Below the pieces are notes generated by a model, which saw nothing but the letters and a program-made list of their open reading frames with translations, made no database searches and had not been told where the DNA came from. DNA of 64,000 nucleotides. It comes from Novakomyces olei (taxonomy: Eukaryota). The position numbers and the translations under genes are program-made. Below, piece by piece: positions 1-13,532 of the stretch; position 1 is the stretch's first letter, and each line of letters begins with the position of its first letter. The stretch is taken from NCBI GenBank assembly GCA_016906335.1, contig JADEYG010000002.1:558001-622000 (forward strand), in the 5' to 3' direction.

Positions 1-1273
1 TGTCATCTCTCAATTGCTCTGTGCCTTCCTCTTCCTCTTCATCCGAGAGCTCCATCAGCTCTCCCGTATAAAAACTGCCTTGTACCGCATTTACCTGTTC
101 AAGCAGCCGTAAAAGATGCAGGTAAGCTTCTAGCGGTGTAAGTCTAAGCTCGGTGATGAGCCGATCGATTTTGTTGAAAACGAGAATGGGCCGCAATTTT
201 TCTGTCCAGGCTTGACGCATAACAGATACAGTCTTAAAGTTAGTCAAGAGTCAATATTTTTAACTTTTTGCTGACTTAGATACCAATTTTGACATGTTTA
301 TTCTTTTATGTTCAATTATTTGTTCATTTAGTTCTGTTTTAATTCACGTTATACCTGGCTGCAAACGCCTTCAACCACATCAACGAGCAGTAAGGCACCA
401 TCACACAGTCGAGAGGCCGAAGTTACCTCGGACGAAAAGTCAACATGCCCAGGCGAATCGATGAGATTCATAAGGAATTCATCTTGACGAGATTCTGTGG
501 AGTTAAAATTGTTCTGAATTTAATAGCACAAAGACGTACCTGAGTACTGAACCTTGAAGTACATTGAAATAGCACTAGACTGAAAAGTTAGTATGTAGAA
601 AAGTGGTAAAATCTTTCAGGTTTGCAATGGCACTGAGAATGAAGTGCGAAATGTAAGAATTAAACGGTCTTTACAGGCCCATGTAAATGAAACATAAGGT
701 GTAACAAAACGAAAAGGGATTAGAACATTGAAAAAGAAGAATGGCAACACTCTGGTGAACCAGCCTGACCAGACGAGGCTATTATGAAACCAAGCAACAA
801 AAAAGAAAAAAAAAACAAACAAACAAACAAAAAAGAAAAAAAAAAAGAAAAAACAAGAGTGGGCAGCCCGAAATTGCTCAATGAACAGAAACCAATCTAC
901 TTACCATCATAGTAATGCCACGCTCCATTTCGTCTTCGCGGCTGTCCAAGTACCGTATCGTACCTGCCATCTTGGACGATATGATGCCATTACTGGCGAT
1001 AAGACTGTCGGCCAGCGTGGTCTATACATTAGCATAATGCTGCTTCAGAAGATAGTTGGAGAAAGGACAACAAACGCTGAAAAAAAAAGGAAAAAAAAAA
1101 GGAAAAATGAAAAAAATGAAAAAAATGAAAAATAAAAAAAAATTAAAAAAAAAATAGAAAAACCCCAGAGCCAGTACCTTTCCATGATCAACATGGGCGA
1201 GCAGGCAAAAGTTTCGAATATTCTGCGCGTGGCTCTGTAGCGCTGCCAATTTAGTAGGCGCGACTACCGGCAT
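1..1273 (-). CDS. ria1: Elongation factor-like GTPase 1 (EFL1/Ria1), 5' part; continues beyond the left edge; at least 4 introns
   Basis: Spliced reading MPVV...[15 protein letters not shown] | [39 protein letters not shown] | [10 protein letters not shown]... | [36 protein letters not shown] | ...VFNKIDRL; translational GTPase G1/G3/G4 motifs, GT-AG introns. Confidence 0.93.
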
Positions 1274-1508
1274 CGCTCTGTGATTGGGAATCCTAAATCA
1301 TGAGAAGTATGACATATATCTACTATCTGTGTGTATCGTATATAGCGATAGCGGTATATAATTGTAGTGTAATTCTTATAGACTTGGCTCCGACTGTAGA
1401 GGTTATGCGTCATATTATATAGTGTGGAGTATATAGGGATAATGCAAGGTCTCTCTCCCTTGGAGACGTTACATATGTGGAGCGGCCTTTGAGAGCGAGT
1501 GGCCGGTC

Positions 1509-2982
1509 ATGGCGCCAGCTGATGGCGGCCGCGACGAGAAATGGGGCAATATCCCCGACGACCGTACTATTCATTCAGGCTGGCTTGAGAAGCAGACAGT
1601 CTCGCGAGTAAGAACTGCTTGCCTGATCGAGGCATATTCGCACAAGGTACTGACCTTGCAGATCTGGCGCCGACGGTGGTTTGTTCTGCGTAAAGCGCGG
1701 CTCGGGTTTTACAAAGACGAGAGAGTAAGTGGCCTGCCGTCTGGCCGATGTGCCTTTGCCACATTCATACTGTATTCTGCTCTGGAGTAGGAATAGGCTC
1801 TCCAGAGTACCTAAATACTCGACGCCGTGTCGGATTGTTGCACGGTTTGATTTGATTTGTTTGTTTTTGACTTGATACTTTGTTTATTTCACTTGCTGGC
1901 TCATTCTATGATTTGTTACTTTTACTGGGTTCATTGTAAATTAAACTTTTTTTAAAATCCTTCTGTAAGGTTACCTAACCCAAAGGAATACAAGCCTATG
2001 GCTCTGATCCCGGTCCATGAAATATTGGCAGTAGCAGCCAAAACGACAAAGAAAAAACCGTTCGGTAAGCTTTACGTGGCCCCAAAAAATTGACAACGGC
2101 ATAGCGTTTATTATATATCTCAAATCTACGCGTGATTTGCGTCTCTGTGCCTCTAGTGAGCAGGATATGGCTGCTTGGATTGGAGTTTTGCGGAAAGTTT
2201 GCCAGGAACACGAGACGACAGATGCGCTGGCCCACGCCAAGCCGACCGGGCTGCCTATTGATATTCCGCCCGCACGGCCAGAGTTGGTGACCCATCAAAG
2301 TGGAACTAGCGAAGAAGATGAGGGCCAGAGTGGCGGCCAGTCTGTGGCCCTAAGTGGGGTCCTAAATGGGGCCCTAAATGAGGGCGTACTAGTTTCCAGT
2401 GTGGATACTGCAGCTGGCTATTTCCCAGTGGAAGAAGCAAACGCTGATGCAGCAGGCTTTCGGTCCTCATCTTCCTTGGCTTCAGAATGTGCCGTTCCCT
2501 TTGATGAGGATCCAAACGATTTAATTGTAGCAGCATCACCGGTCTCAATTGCATCGAGTGAGGACTCAAACCAACGACAAGTCTCGGAAGTCTTAAATCG
2601 ACGACGTGTCTTCACAGAGGGCTATTTACTGCGTTTACGAAAAAAGCTCAAGACGTGGAGTAAGCAATGGTGCGTGCTAAGGCAGACTGGCCTGTATATT
2701 TACGCTTCGGAGCGGGAGTACACTTTAGTAAGCTCAATAGGCGTAGAAAGTATCGAAGACGTTGTTGAGCTGGAGCCTATGAGTAAAGCTAGGCAGTGGT
2801 GCTTTATGATTGTTACCAGGGAGAATACAGTACGATTTTCCTGTGGTGATGAGGCGACACTTGAGCGCTGGCTGGGTGCGTTTAGTTCCATGATGGAGCA
2901 TTGGTCGATCATGACTGATGCCAAAGCAGAGGCGATGGAAGGAAAAATTTTTAAAGGAAAGCGAGAAAATGATCAGACATAA
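1509..2982 (+). CDS. Tandem PH-domain protein (Opy1-like); introns about 1608-1661, 1725-1985, 2065-2104
   Basis: PH1: HSGWLEKQ...WRRRWFVLR...FYKDEREY...AAWIGVL; PH2: EGYLLRLRKKLKTWSKQWCVLR...ERWLGAF; frame restored by GT-AG introns. Confidence 0.85.
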
Positions 2983-3300
2983 ATCCGCGAGGGAGAAACT
3001 GAATTAAAAATCATGAAAAGTTAAGGGTTCAATATTCGGTTTTCAAGCAGGCAAGCTATAAGGTACAAAACGTAAATTTAATTCACAAATTAATAAAAAA
3101 TAAATTTTCAATTTGATCAAGGAACCAAATTTCAAGGTGGTCAAATGAATCGCAAACGTAATGATTGTAAATGTAATGCAACTTATAACGTGGCTAACGG
3201 TATTACTCCTGTCCAACTAATGCAATAAAAGTACAGCGTTCACATGCTAGTCAAGCTCAATCACAGACGTTTCAACAAACTTTGGCTCTCCAAATAGGGT

Positions 3301-3865
3301 TTATTTTGAATCCGTGTTTTCTGCCATTCCCTTCCAAAGCGGCTCTTCCTCTCCCGGTAAACGCTCGACGCGTTTGTTCTCCCAATAGTCCAGTTTTTCC
3401 AGTCCCGAATTCTCCAGGCGCTAAGCATGATGAGCAAAATGTTTTAATCATATAAAGCATTCAAAATGGAACCGATTAAAGTTCAAAAAGTAAATGATGC
3501 ATGCAGTACGATGATTGTATTGACAAATCAAAGACTTTTTGTCCGGTATCAAAATCAAAATCAAAACAAAAATCAATAATCAAGAATTATAGTCGGCTCA
3601 CATTATACTCCTCTCTTATATCGAATTTACGACGCTTCCGTCTAATGCTGAGTTCCTGATCCTTTGAAATTTGCTGGTTGTGAGCAGCATGATGCTCATA
3701 CCGCACGCGAGTAAAGTTCTCTAGCAGAAACGAAGAGGCAACCACGATTGTTAGGAAAGGCAGACCAAAAGTCAGAAAAGGCCGCCGCACAAGAACCTGA
3801 TTAATACGGCCCAAAACGGACCGTGGGCTGGTAGCAGCCCATCTCTTGTTTGCGAATAAGGCCAT
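3301..3865 (-). CDS. cox16: Cytochrome c oxidase assembly factor Cox16; intron 3421-3601
   Basis: PFLTFGLPFLTIVVASSFLLENFT..RYE transmembrane block, FDIREEY | RL...WENKRVERLPGE C-terminal motif in a second exon ending at stop 3301-3303. Confidence 0.9.
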
Positions 3866-4167
3866 TTGCTACATGACTCGTGAATTTGAGGATTTAATCT
3901 CGATTTATTAAAGATACTTACTTGTTCGGCCAAAGATGAGAGTATCCATAGTTGTTAAATTATAAAGCGGTATTATAATATTTACTGTCTAGGTCAACAT
4001 TAGGGTTAACCAGGGCTAGTAGGTTCAAGAAGGATCAATTAGGGTTAGTTATGGTAAGTAGGGTTAGCTATGGCAGGTAGGTTAGTTTAATAAATAGAAT
4101 ATATAAATACGTAAATAAATGAATAAATAAATACAAAAAGACGTAATTTCGATAAACTGCCATGTGA

Positions 4168-4842
4168 ATGCCGGCAACACGTGGACGAGGCAGGCGGAGG
4201 AGCGCCAACAGCGCCACTCTAGTCTCTAATACTAACGCGGAAGCTTCTACGGGAGCGGAGTATGGAGTCGTGGTAAACTCTTCTCAGCAAACGGCAGCTG
4301 AACGAAGTTTGCCTTCGCGGAGGCGTACACGACGAACGCGCCAGTCTGCCTTTAGCAGCAGCGATGAGGAGGTAGACGCGGGTTCGAATCCGCACCGGCG
4401 CCGGCGGCTGAGCAGTTCCAGGGAGGAGCCTTGTGTCGCTCGGCCTCGGCGGATAGCTCACGAGGAAAACGAGGCATCTCCCGCCTCAGTGAGCGACAGC
4501 CAAGACGGGCGGCCGGTGATAGATTTGGAGGAGGAGCAAGTGCTCTATGTCGACGACGAGGACGAGGAGGAAAAGGGGGACAAGAAGGGCGTGGCCGGTG
4601 CTCCAATCTCGAGCAAGGATAGTGTGGAGGAGAGCACAGGGACCGGGTTGGCTGCATTTAACTGTGCAATCTGCTTTGAGCCACCTCAAGTCCTCTCTGC
4701 GGCTCCGTGTGGCCATTTGTTTTGCGATTACTGTATTCGCAGTGTTGTCGACATGAATCCGCGACAGGGCCGTTGCCCTATTTGCCGGCAAAAGGTGACA
4801 CAGCGCAGTATTGTGCCGCTGGCCATAAAGCTGGGGGTTTAG
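4168..4842 (+). CDS. C3HC4 RING protein with SUMO-interacting motif (RNF4/Slx8/Rfp-like SUMO-targeted ubiquitin ligase subunit)
   Basis: C-terminal CAIC...CGHLFCDYC...CPIC RING; PVIDL followed by an acidic tract (SIM-like); basic low-complexity N-terminus. Confidence 0.75.
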   Translation: MPATRGRGRRRSANSATLVSNTNAEASTGAEYGVVVNSSQQTAAERSLPSRRRTRRTRQSAFSSSDEEVDAGSNPHRRRRLSSSREEPCVARPRRIAHEENEASPASVSDSQDGRPVIDLEEEQVLYVDDEDEEEKGDKKGVAGAPISSKDSVEESTGTGLAAFNCAICFEPPQVLSAAPCGHLFCDYCIRSVVDMNPRQGRCPICRQKVTQRSIVPLAIKLGV

Positions 4843-5588
4843 GCTTTGGGCTTTAGGCTCTAGACATTAGACACTAGACACTAGTCATACGCGGCCGTGT
4901 ATATACATAAAAAGTGTTTAAAACGAATTTGGTCCTTGATACAGTACTCGTCAAGCTACTTGGCCGCTGGAAGCTAAAATGGTAATTGAAAGTGTAGTTA
5001 TCGCCTTGGGAAACGTACCTTGGCCGGCCATTAGCAATTAGACCTATGGCAGCTTTTTTGTATTTATACAGTAGGCCCTAAAAGTATAATAATATGCGCG
5101 TCATATACATATACTAGGCTGCACGCACAGAAACGCGTTGTGTATGGTCAAACTAATATGGATTAATTTAATATTGGCGCGCTATAGTGCTATATAATAG
5201 TTGTGGATAGTATTATAGAGTTTATATACGTTTTGTGTTTTGTATACGTTGTACGACTTTTATGCGAAGTAAAGATTGTTTCAGGTCTAAATGAAATGTA
5301 TCAGTTGCAAAGTCAAACTTGTATTTATATTAATATACCAATAATTATCTATAATTAAAATCTCACAAGCTTGCGTATGTGTCCAGTATTATATAGCAAC
5401 TTATCATACGTCGTTACATAATCAGTCTAGACCACTTTGCTTTGGCCATCACGGTCTCACTGCCGTATCGGGAACAGTTTGGTTTCGCAGAGTGCAGATT
5501 TGACGGAGAGTACGAGCGCAGACTTTTGCCCATGAAAAGTGGTGTGCAAAAGTAACGGCAAGATTGCTTACGGCCTGGCCAAGGTGTA

Positions 5589-8500
5589 ATGCTGCCCTTC
5601 TCCGGGGAGCGCAAGGAGCCGGCAAGTGGAGTTTGGGGGAATGGCAAAGTGGACACTGTTGGCCTGCAGGAGCAAGACGCGAGGGGGCATGGACATTTGC
5701 ACAGCCAAGGTATAGCGGACGAAATCTTGGAAGACGAAATCTTGGAAGACGAAGTTTTGGAAGACGAGATTTTAGAGGACGAGATTTTAGAGGACGAAAT
5801 CTTGGAAGACAAAGTCTTGGAAAAAGATGTATTGGAAAAATCCGTTCCGAGTCTGGAAGAGTTCATGTCCGACTACCGCAGCGGGCACATAAACAATGTG
5901 CCTGATATGTCGAGCAAAGTGGACACCAGTAGCGGTTGGGACGCGCCTTTTCCACGAAATATTGCTCAAGTCTCGCGGGCCGTCTGCGAGATGATCGGGT
6001 TTGACAGCTCGAATATTCTGAGTAATACAGCTGCCTTGGACGCTCTCGCCAACTCGGCTGAGCTCGCGGCAAATATAAGCGGATGCACTTTTGCCATGGT
6101 CACTCTGGTCGACGAAATGAATACTTACGTTTTGGCTACGCGATCGGTCGATCGTGATATTTTGCCCATTTCACATGTCGGCTGCTTTCCCAATGCTCAA
6201 AGCAACCTTATCTGCAGACACGTTTTGCTGACCACCAACTCTTCCCCGTAAGTACCGTCGTGCTGCTTTATTTCATTGCGGACTGTCCGTTTGTATAGCA
6301 CTCCTCTTGGGTTTGCGCTTTTTTTATTTACATCTACTTTTGATTGCCTGCTCAATCTATCAGCTTATGGCGCTCATAATTCATGGTTATTCATGGTTGC
6401 TTTTACGCGTATACTTTATCCATTTCACTGATGCCATACTAACCCACGTACAGGTTTATCGTGTCCAGTCTAAAGACAGATTGGAGGTTCAAGAATATTG
6501 TGAGTGCTTTACTCTATTTTCGTTTTCCTAACAAATTTCAGGGAGCCGTTAAATCTGGAAAGATCGATTTTTATGCGGGGTTTCCTTTAGTGAACAAGAC
6601 GGGACTCACGATCGGGTCGCTTTGTGTCTGTGACCAAAAGCCAAATGTCCCGCTGGACGAACGGTCACTGCGGAATCTTCGGTCTATCAGCAGCAACGTT
6701 GTCACATCCCTCTCTCTGCTCAGCAACAGCCTTATGCTGGAGAGGAAACGCAGGTACTTGAACCGGGTTTCTCTCTTCACCCGTATTTTTCTGGTAGACG
6801 ACAATGATTGTGATACGATGCCGTTTATTGGTGCTTCTGCCGGCAGCAGCGCCATGACTGGTATAGATACAAAAGGCCAACAAGATTACTTGACCGCTAT
6901 TGGAACTGGCGTGGAGTCTGTTGACGAAAAGGCCTTTACCGATGCAGACGGGGCCGACAGTCCGGCTGAGTTTAGCCCAGAAGCTGCTTTTAAATTGGGT
7001 AAATGGTTACGTGAAAACGTGGGGCAGGATGCGCCTGCATGGCTGGCTTGCTCTATGATCCGCGACATTATTCGCTGTGAGGGCGTTTATTATTTTAGTG
7101 TACACAGCGCAAGCCAGCAAAATGCACCGGCTGCTTCTGTTTCCTCGTCCTTTTCAACATTGTCACCTCCGCAATTCGAGTCACCGCCGGTCGCGGCGGA
7201 CAGTACCAGTGATCTGCTCAATTCGTTTCCCTTGAAAACAAACCCTAGGGTTAATAACCCTAATCACGTTTCTGGCTCGTCAACGGACACGGGGCCTGTG
7301 GATTCTGCGGTTGTGGACGGTGAAGCCGAAGGTGGCAGCGATGCAGAGGCATCTGATACCAAACGATGTGAGCTTATAGCTTACAGTATAATGGGGAATC
7401 GTGAACTAGCTGGCCTACGAAACAAGACAAGTGCAATGCCAGGTGCTCCTAAAAGCAATGCTCCTGCAGTATTACAGCAAAGTCTTGTTTGTGAGGGCGC
7501 TGAACTGGCGGGTATTATTGCTGCTGCTGTGAATGGTCATATATACAAAAGGCTGCCAGCAATTCTCGAGTCTGTTTTGCCCAGTGGGATCACGGAAATC
7601 GCCGTGGTTTCCATCATTGATCATATGAGAAGAGCGAGTGGTATCTTGGTGGCGTTTAACCCGCACGAGGCACCTCTTTCGCAGCCAACGCTGAGGATAA
7701 TGCTTTCTTTTGGAGAGCATATTGTGGCTCAGGATATAAGGCATCGTATAAAAATGGCGGACCAAGAAAAAAACAATTTTATTTCTAAAATCTCACACGA
7801 ACTACGTAGCCCGCTTTTCGGCATTTTGGCGAGTGCCGAATTGCTTGGAGAAACACCAGATCTATCTCAGCAGCAGCAGCAACTGCTTCATACTATTGAC
7901 CGGTGCGGAAATGGCCTTTTGGAAATAATAAACCATATTTTGGACGCTAAAAATATCGCAATTACCCTGGGCCAGGACGCTACTGGTAGAGGCGATACTG
8001 TGGCAGGCAAAGATGGCGACAGAATAGCCATAAACAGAGCGGAATCTAAAACGGAGGCAGCTACCTTTTCTTCCGGACCTGCATCTATTCCGCATGACGG
8101 CGAATCTGTAACGGAGGATCCTGGGACTGATTCCACTTGCCGTGCAACTAATCCTTCCTTTACTCCCGCGTCTTTCCCCGCAAAAGCTCCAGTCTATTAT
8201 GATGCGTTGGCTATCTGTGAAGAAGTAGTTGAAACACAGATAATGGGAGCCTCTGCCCATGCAGACTCTGCCCTGTTTGAGCATGATTTGACAACCTCAA
8301 TTTCGTCTCCGGCCTCTTCTTCACTGATTGTGGACGGGAGCATGGCTTTCTCTCATCCAGCAACATGCACAAAATCTGTGCCGTCTAGTAATACCACCCA
8401 TAGTTTTGCCAAAACTGCCGGGTATAATTCGGCGCTTCTTAACCCCGGTACTCCGGTTCAGCACCAGCATCGTGTGCACGATATCCCTCCTGTAACGGTG

Positions 8501-10441
8501 GCCTTTACTGCTGCGCCAAACGCTCATGTTGCTTGGTCAAATGGGAGCGGAGTGCCTGTGTCCTTTAGACGGATTCTGACAAATATTGTAGGCAATTCGC
8601 TAAAGTATACAAGACAGGGCCATATTCGCGTGACGTTGCAGTACAAGGCGAAGCGCAATTTTTTGGTTTTGCGGGTGCAGGACACGGGTAAAGGGATGTC
8701 TCGTGATTTTGTGGAGCGGAGGCTCTTTACTCCCTTCACTCAGGAGGACTCCTTCCAGCCTGGAGTCGGCCTGGGCATGTCTATGGTGAAACAGCTGGTG
8801 GACAGTTTGGCAGGCTATATCTCCATAGAGTCCAAAGTCAACTGTGGGACCTGTGTAACCGTTACACTGCCCATGCTGCCTTTGTGTAACGCAGGAATCG
8901 TTGTAGTAAAGGCTCCAGAGGCTGCTGCCCTGCGGGAAAAGTATGACCAGTTTAGGGGCTGCAGTGTGTACGTTCACTGTGAGCCGTGGACAACGAGCAG
9001 AGAGGGCAGTCGGAGTGCTGATTACAATAGCAATAAAGAGGCTTATAATACAGACGCTACAGACGCTACAGACCCTACAGACGCTACAGACGCTACAGAC
9101 GCTACAGACGCTAATAAAGGCCAAAAAAACACAGAGCTGTTTGAAGCAATGCAGGTCTACTGCCGGCAATGGATCCCAGACTGTCGGTTCTGTGAGGATC
9201 CTGAAGGCGCGGATATAATCCTGGTCCCACAGGACTCTGCCTTTGGAAGGTCCGTAGCCGTTGACAACGGAGGCAAGTTTGATGGGGCAAAGCACAGGGC
9301 CACTCTCGTCTTGTGCCGCAGCCAGATGAGTATTGCCAGCCTTGCTCTACTCCCTCACAAGGGGGTAGCCTTTGTTTCTGCTCCCTTTGGACCAATTAGT
9401 ATGCTACAGGGCCTTTTGAACTGCTGTTCAACGGGCAATACTCTGCTCGTAAGACGCGGATCTTCTTCCGTCTCTGTGCCGTCGGGGACGGCATTAAAAC
9501 TAGACGCCAATGCAAACGTATTAGGCCCAGAAAACCCTGACGGAGGTCAAGGCAGCATGGACACGAGTCCAAAAGGCAGAGCTGCTGCTGTGGTCGAGAG
9601 CAGATTGGACGGTCAGACAGAGTCGCAAAAAAGGAGCTCACAGTCCCGTCCTCGGCCAGAGCAGCTCAGCGGCACTTTTCCCGGCAGCCTTAGTAGCGCC
9701 TATCCATCTGGGCCAGAGGGAGATGGCCTACAGGACCGTCTGCCTCTGACCCAAGACTCGGCAGAGGCCGTCAGTCCTACAGCGAGCCGCTCTCTAAAGT
9801 TATCTGCTCTCGAAGCTCAGGACGAAGCCGTTGAGCCGGTCGTGACGACGGGAATATACAGCGAGAGCCCGAGTACAGCGGCTGAATTGACGGGCCGCCA
9901 GCAGAGTACGGGACTAAAAGGCTCTGGGTTCAGTTCAAATATTGCCCCTTTGATGGCAGCACAAGCAGCGAGGGCCAAACTGCCTTTTGGCTCTGATATA
10001 GTAAAACCAGTAAAACCTACAAAACCTGCAAACCCAGAAAAATCAGACTTGCCGGATGATACTCCTTTACGCATTTTGCTGGTGGATGATAATCTAATTA
10101 ATCTGCGTATTCTGCAGACGTTTGCCAGGAAAATGTCGCTTGATTTTGCTTGTGCAATGGACGGACAAATGGCCGTTCGCTGTGTCCAGGAGAACGCGAA
10201 TACGCCGTTCCAAGTTATCCTTATGGACATGCAGATGCCCGTCCTGGACGGGTGCGATGCTACCCGGCTTATACGGCAGTACGAGTCTGTGAGAGGACTG
10301 CCTAGATCTCGTGTAATTGCCCTCACTGGCCTCGCCAGCGACAGTGATAGACTGAGGTGCGAAAGGGCGGGTATGGACGGGTTCGTTACAAAGCCTGTCT
10401 CCCTTTCAAAGCTGCATTCTTTGATTCATGCCGAGATTTGA
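5589..10441 (+). CDS. Hybrid histidine kinase GAF-HisKA-HATPase-REC; introns 6248-6453 and 6500-6541
   Basis: Spliced GAF PFIVSSLKTDWRFKNIGAV..IDFYAGFPL..GLTIGSLCVCD; H-box ISHELRSPL; N-box NIVGNSLKY; G1 DTGKGM; G2 GVGLGM; receiver VDDN / MDMQMP / VTKP. Confidence 0.93.
5716..5835 (+). repeat. 15-bp coding tandem repeat encoding (EDEIL)-like units
   Basis: gacgaaatcttggaa-type units, about 7-8 degenerate copies. Confidence 0.9.
9049..9113 (+). repeat. 9-bp coding tandem repeat (acagacgct)n encoding (TDA)n
   Basis: About 7 copies visible inside the histidine kinase linker. Confidence 0.9.
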
Positions 10442-10595
10442 ATCAGAGAGGGGCTGGATGGGTTGGTTGTTTTTATTTATCTTTTTTGCTTTATATATCT
10501 GAAGTTTTTATTTCTTTCCTTGCCATAAAGATGTGCTTCTAAAGATCCGTCTGATGGCAAGTTACCCCTATCCTGGCGATTGTATTTGGATTTTA

Positions 10596-10647
10596 TTACT
10601 CATACTGGCTTTTACTCATACTGGCTTTTACTCATACTGGCTTTTAC
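10596..10647. repeat. 16-bp tandem repeat ttactcatactggctt, about 3.25 copies
   Basis: Directly visible downstream of the histidine kinase stop. Confidence 0.9.
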
Positions 10648-11057
10648 AGGATTTGAATTTAGTTTTAAAAGGAGGCAAGAGGGTTAAAGATTTATTGCAT
10701 ATTCCATTTTCACAAGTTTATTTGCATTCAGCACGCAACAGCACTACCGTTTATGCTGATTTCATGATTTAATTTGTATGAAATAGGTAAATTCCACAAT
10801 GTATCAATCAATTAATTTCCAAACATTTTGTTTCGAGTCATGTGTCAAACAATAAATATTTCAAGTATAGTGTAATACCATACCGTTTCATTTCTGTACA
10901 ACAAATCGGGAATTTAAAAATTGCCTATAAAAATTGCGAATGAATCACCACCACTTTTGATGTTGCACTTGGCTTACAGACGCTTATCAAATCCAAACGA
11001 CCGGAAAAGACACACTAGCAATAAAGAGCGAGACACAAAGTTGTAGTGTGTTTCTCA

Positions 11058-11848
11058 CTATAACGGAGAGGATTCTGATTGTGACAGTGTCGGGTATTTG
11101 ATATGCATATTGCGTACAGACTGAATTTAGCATTGCAATTATTACTATATCGCTCACCTCTGCGTACGCCGTAATTTTGGCGTCAAAAGTCTCCAGCTCA
11201 ACACGAGACTGGCGATTCTCTGCTTGTGCCGCGGCAATAAGCTTTTGTAGTTCTGTACGCTGTTGCAGCAAAGCACTGCGTGCCTCTTCTTCCTGCTCTA
11301 GCAGCTTCAATTCGGCCACGTGATCATCGTTTAGAGCTTTAATATCGCCAACAGAGAGTTCCAAATCCTCGAATACTGCCCTTGATTAGTTAGCATTAGC
11401 CGACGACGGATAAACAACAATAGTATTCATTTTATATTGTTTTATTCTTTGTGTTTTATTCGTTTGTCTATTATTTTTGTCTTATTTTTGTCTTTTAATT
11501 TTGTCTTTAATTCTTTTGTCTCTTCTCTAGTTGTAGTGTTTCATTTCCTCTTCGATTTCTCAATGCGCCAACGAACCTATAGCCTTTGTGAGCAGCAATT
11601 TCTGCTTCAAGGTGCTCCTTCTCGTACAGAGCGCCATTCAGTTTGTGCTGCGAAGCCTCCAGTTCCGACTTGACCGAACAAGTCGCACGCTTTCCCGACT
11701 TTAGTCTCAAGTACTGGTTCCGATTAAGCGCACGTAATCGAGCAGCAAGACTCCTTATTTCAATCACGGCCGCCGGCGGCAGCGGCTCTGATGCGGCAAG
11801 AGCCGCTTTGACCCGCGATCCTAGCGCGTCAATATCATCAAGGCTCAT
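11058..11848 (-). CDS. THO complex subunit 5 (Thoc5/FmiP family); introns 11381-11576 and 11121-11157
   Basis: LRALNR...K....KSELE...KLNGALYEKEHLEAEI motif, then DDH...EEEAR..L coiled coil; last exon SVRNMHIKYPTLSQSESSPL-stop. Confidence 0.78.
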
Positions 11849-12147
11849 TATACTGAACTGAGCTCGAATGCCGACCTAAGAGTCCCGACTTATTACAATA
11901 AGTGCTTTATAATTAAATATTAATATTAAATAAAATTATTAATAAACTATTAATAAAATATTAATAGAAATAGAACTATCAAACAAAGTCCAAAACCTAA
12001 GAATACAAATTTGAAAAATACACAATATACACAATACGATATAAATAAATCATAAATAATGCTAATTATATGGTGCAAATGCGAGGAATACAATAATTTA
12101 ATTCGAGCAAGGGCAGATCAGATCACAGCTCGAATCGACGAGCATGA

Positions 12148-13532
12148 ATGCCTCCCATAAAAGCGCCCTGGCGCTATGTATATATAGCGAAAGCAGAGCG
12201 GCACAGTCCAATTGCACTGAGACTGGTTTTCACTATCGATACAGACTTGGGCGGTTCTCCTCTCGGTGACTCGAGTGCTGAAGAGTTTGACAGTGAATCG
12301 TTTGCTCCGTACGAAGCTCGGGGCAGCAAGGCTCTTGATCTTTCCAGCGCATACAAAAATGTTTGTTTATATTATGCATTTAATGATGACGCGTCTCGTG
12401 CATTGGCCTTCCGCAATATCGGGCCCGGTTGCTATGAAGCACAGATTCCTATAGCTGCGCGCGATCGTGCTCCGATACTGCACGTTTACGCTTCAAAAGA
12501 TTCGTATTTTAGATTAAAGGCGCCTTGTGTCGTTGCGGGACAGAGTGTACAGCTACAGTATGCGAATAAAAAGGCAGTAGTTCAACAGCGGTTTCGAAGG
12601 TTATTCATTAAAGCGCCTCTGCTTGTTTATGAGCCGAGCAATGCTGTCATTGGCGGACACATTTGGTAAGACCGAACATGAAGAAGTTTTAATTGTAAAA
12701 AAAATGAAAAATGAAAATTGGAAAATTGAAATAAAGAATTTGACAGGAATTTAAATATGGTTACTCTAGCTACGTGAGCTATTTTATCTTGTAAACTTGG
12801 ACAGTATATAAATTGGATAAAAAATTAAATGGGTTGAGTAACTAGCATGGATTCTGATTCTGGCTCTGGTTCTGGTTTTTGAATTTGAATTTGAATTTTA
12901 TTCTTTTCCAACAATTCTTTTCCAACAGTTTGCTAATGTATAGGGACGCGGGTCTCTTTGTTGCAACTGATTTGTCTCAACAAGGACTCATACACCACTA
13001 CCTCTCGCGAAAAGACGTACAAGAACAAACTGGTAAAGATATTGCGAATGGCCGAGTCTTAGAACTCGGCGCCGGCACGGGTCTCGCCGGGCTTGCGTGG
13101 GCTGCCGTCTATGCAAACAGTGTTGTTATTCTAAGCGATGAGGTGGTGATTGAGAGCATAGCAACAAATAAAACGAACAACGGTGGAATGCCTCTCGTTG
13201 TACAGTATACGTGGGGTGAGAAACTGCCCACGCAAATTCTGGGATGTTTACCGGATACAGTCATTTGCACAGACGGCATTTACAATGTAGACGCGCACGA
13301 GGTACTACGTGACTCAATCCGGCAATTGGTTTACGCGCGTCGACGCGCTTTGCGTGGGCGTGAGAAGCCTTTGACGCTAATTATGGCCCACAAACGACGT
13401 GGGGGTGAAGAAGCAAAGTTTTTCCTTCCCTGGGAGACACAGGCAGACAGCAGTGTGCGCCTTAGCTGCTGGACTCGCCAAGTAGCCCGTGGATGTATTC
13501 TCATAGACATTGCTCTTGCTTATACTGAATAA
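12148..13532 (+). CDS. SAM-dependent protein methyltransferase (Methyltransf_16/METTL21-like) with N-terminal extra domain; intron 12666-12943
   Basis: IGGHIW|DAG across the intron, VLELGAGTGLAG motif I, YTWG, CTDGIY (DxxY), AHKRR. Confidence 0.82.

Noticed and set aside
5532-5555. Short AUG uORF MKSGVQK upstream of the histidine kinase
   Set aside because: Poor initiation context and TSS unknown; no supporting feature.
7240-7263. AACCCTAGGGTT palindrome and TAACCCTAA inside the histidine kinase
   Set aside because: Lies in coding sequence (NPRVNNPN) and is explainable by codons.
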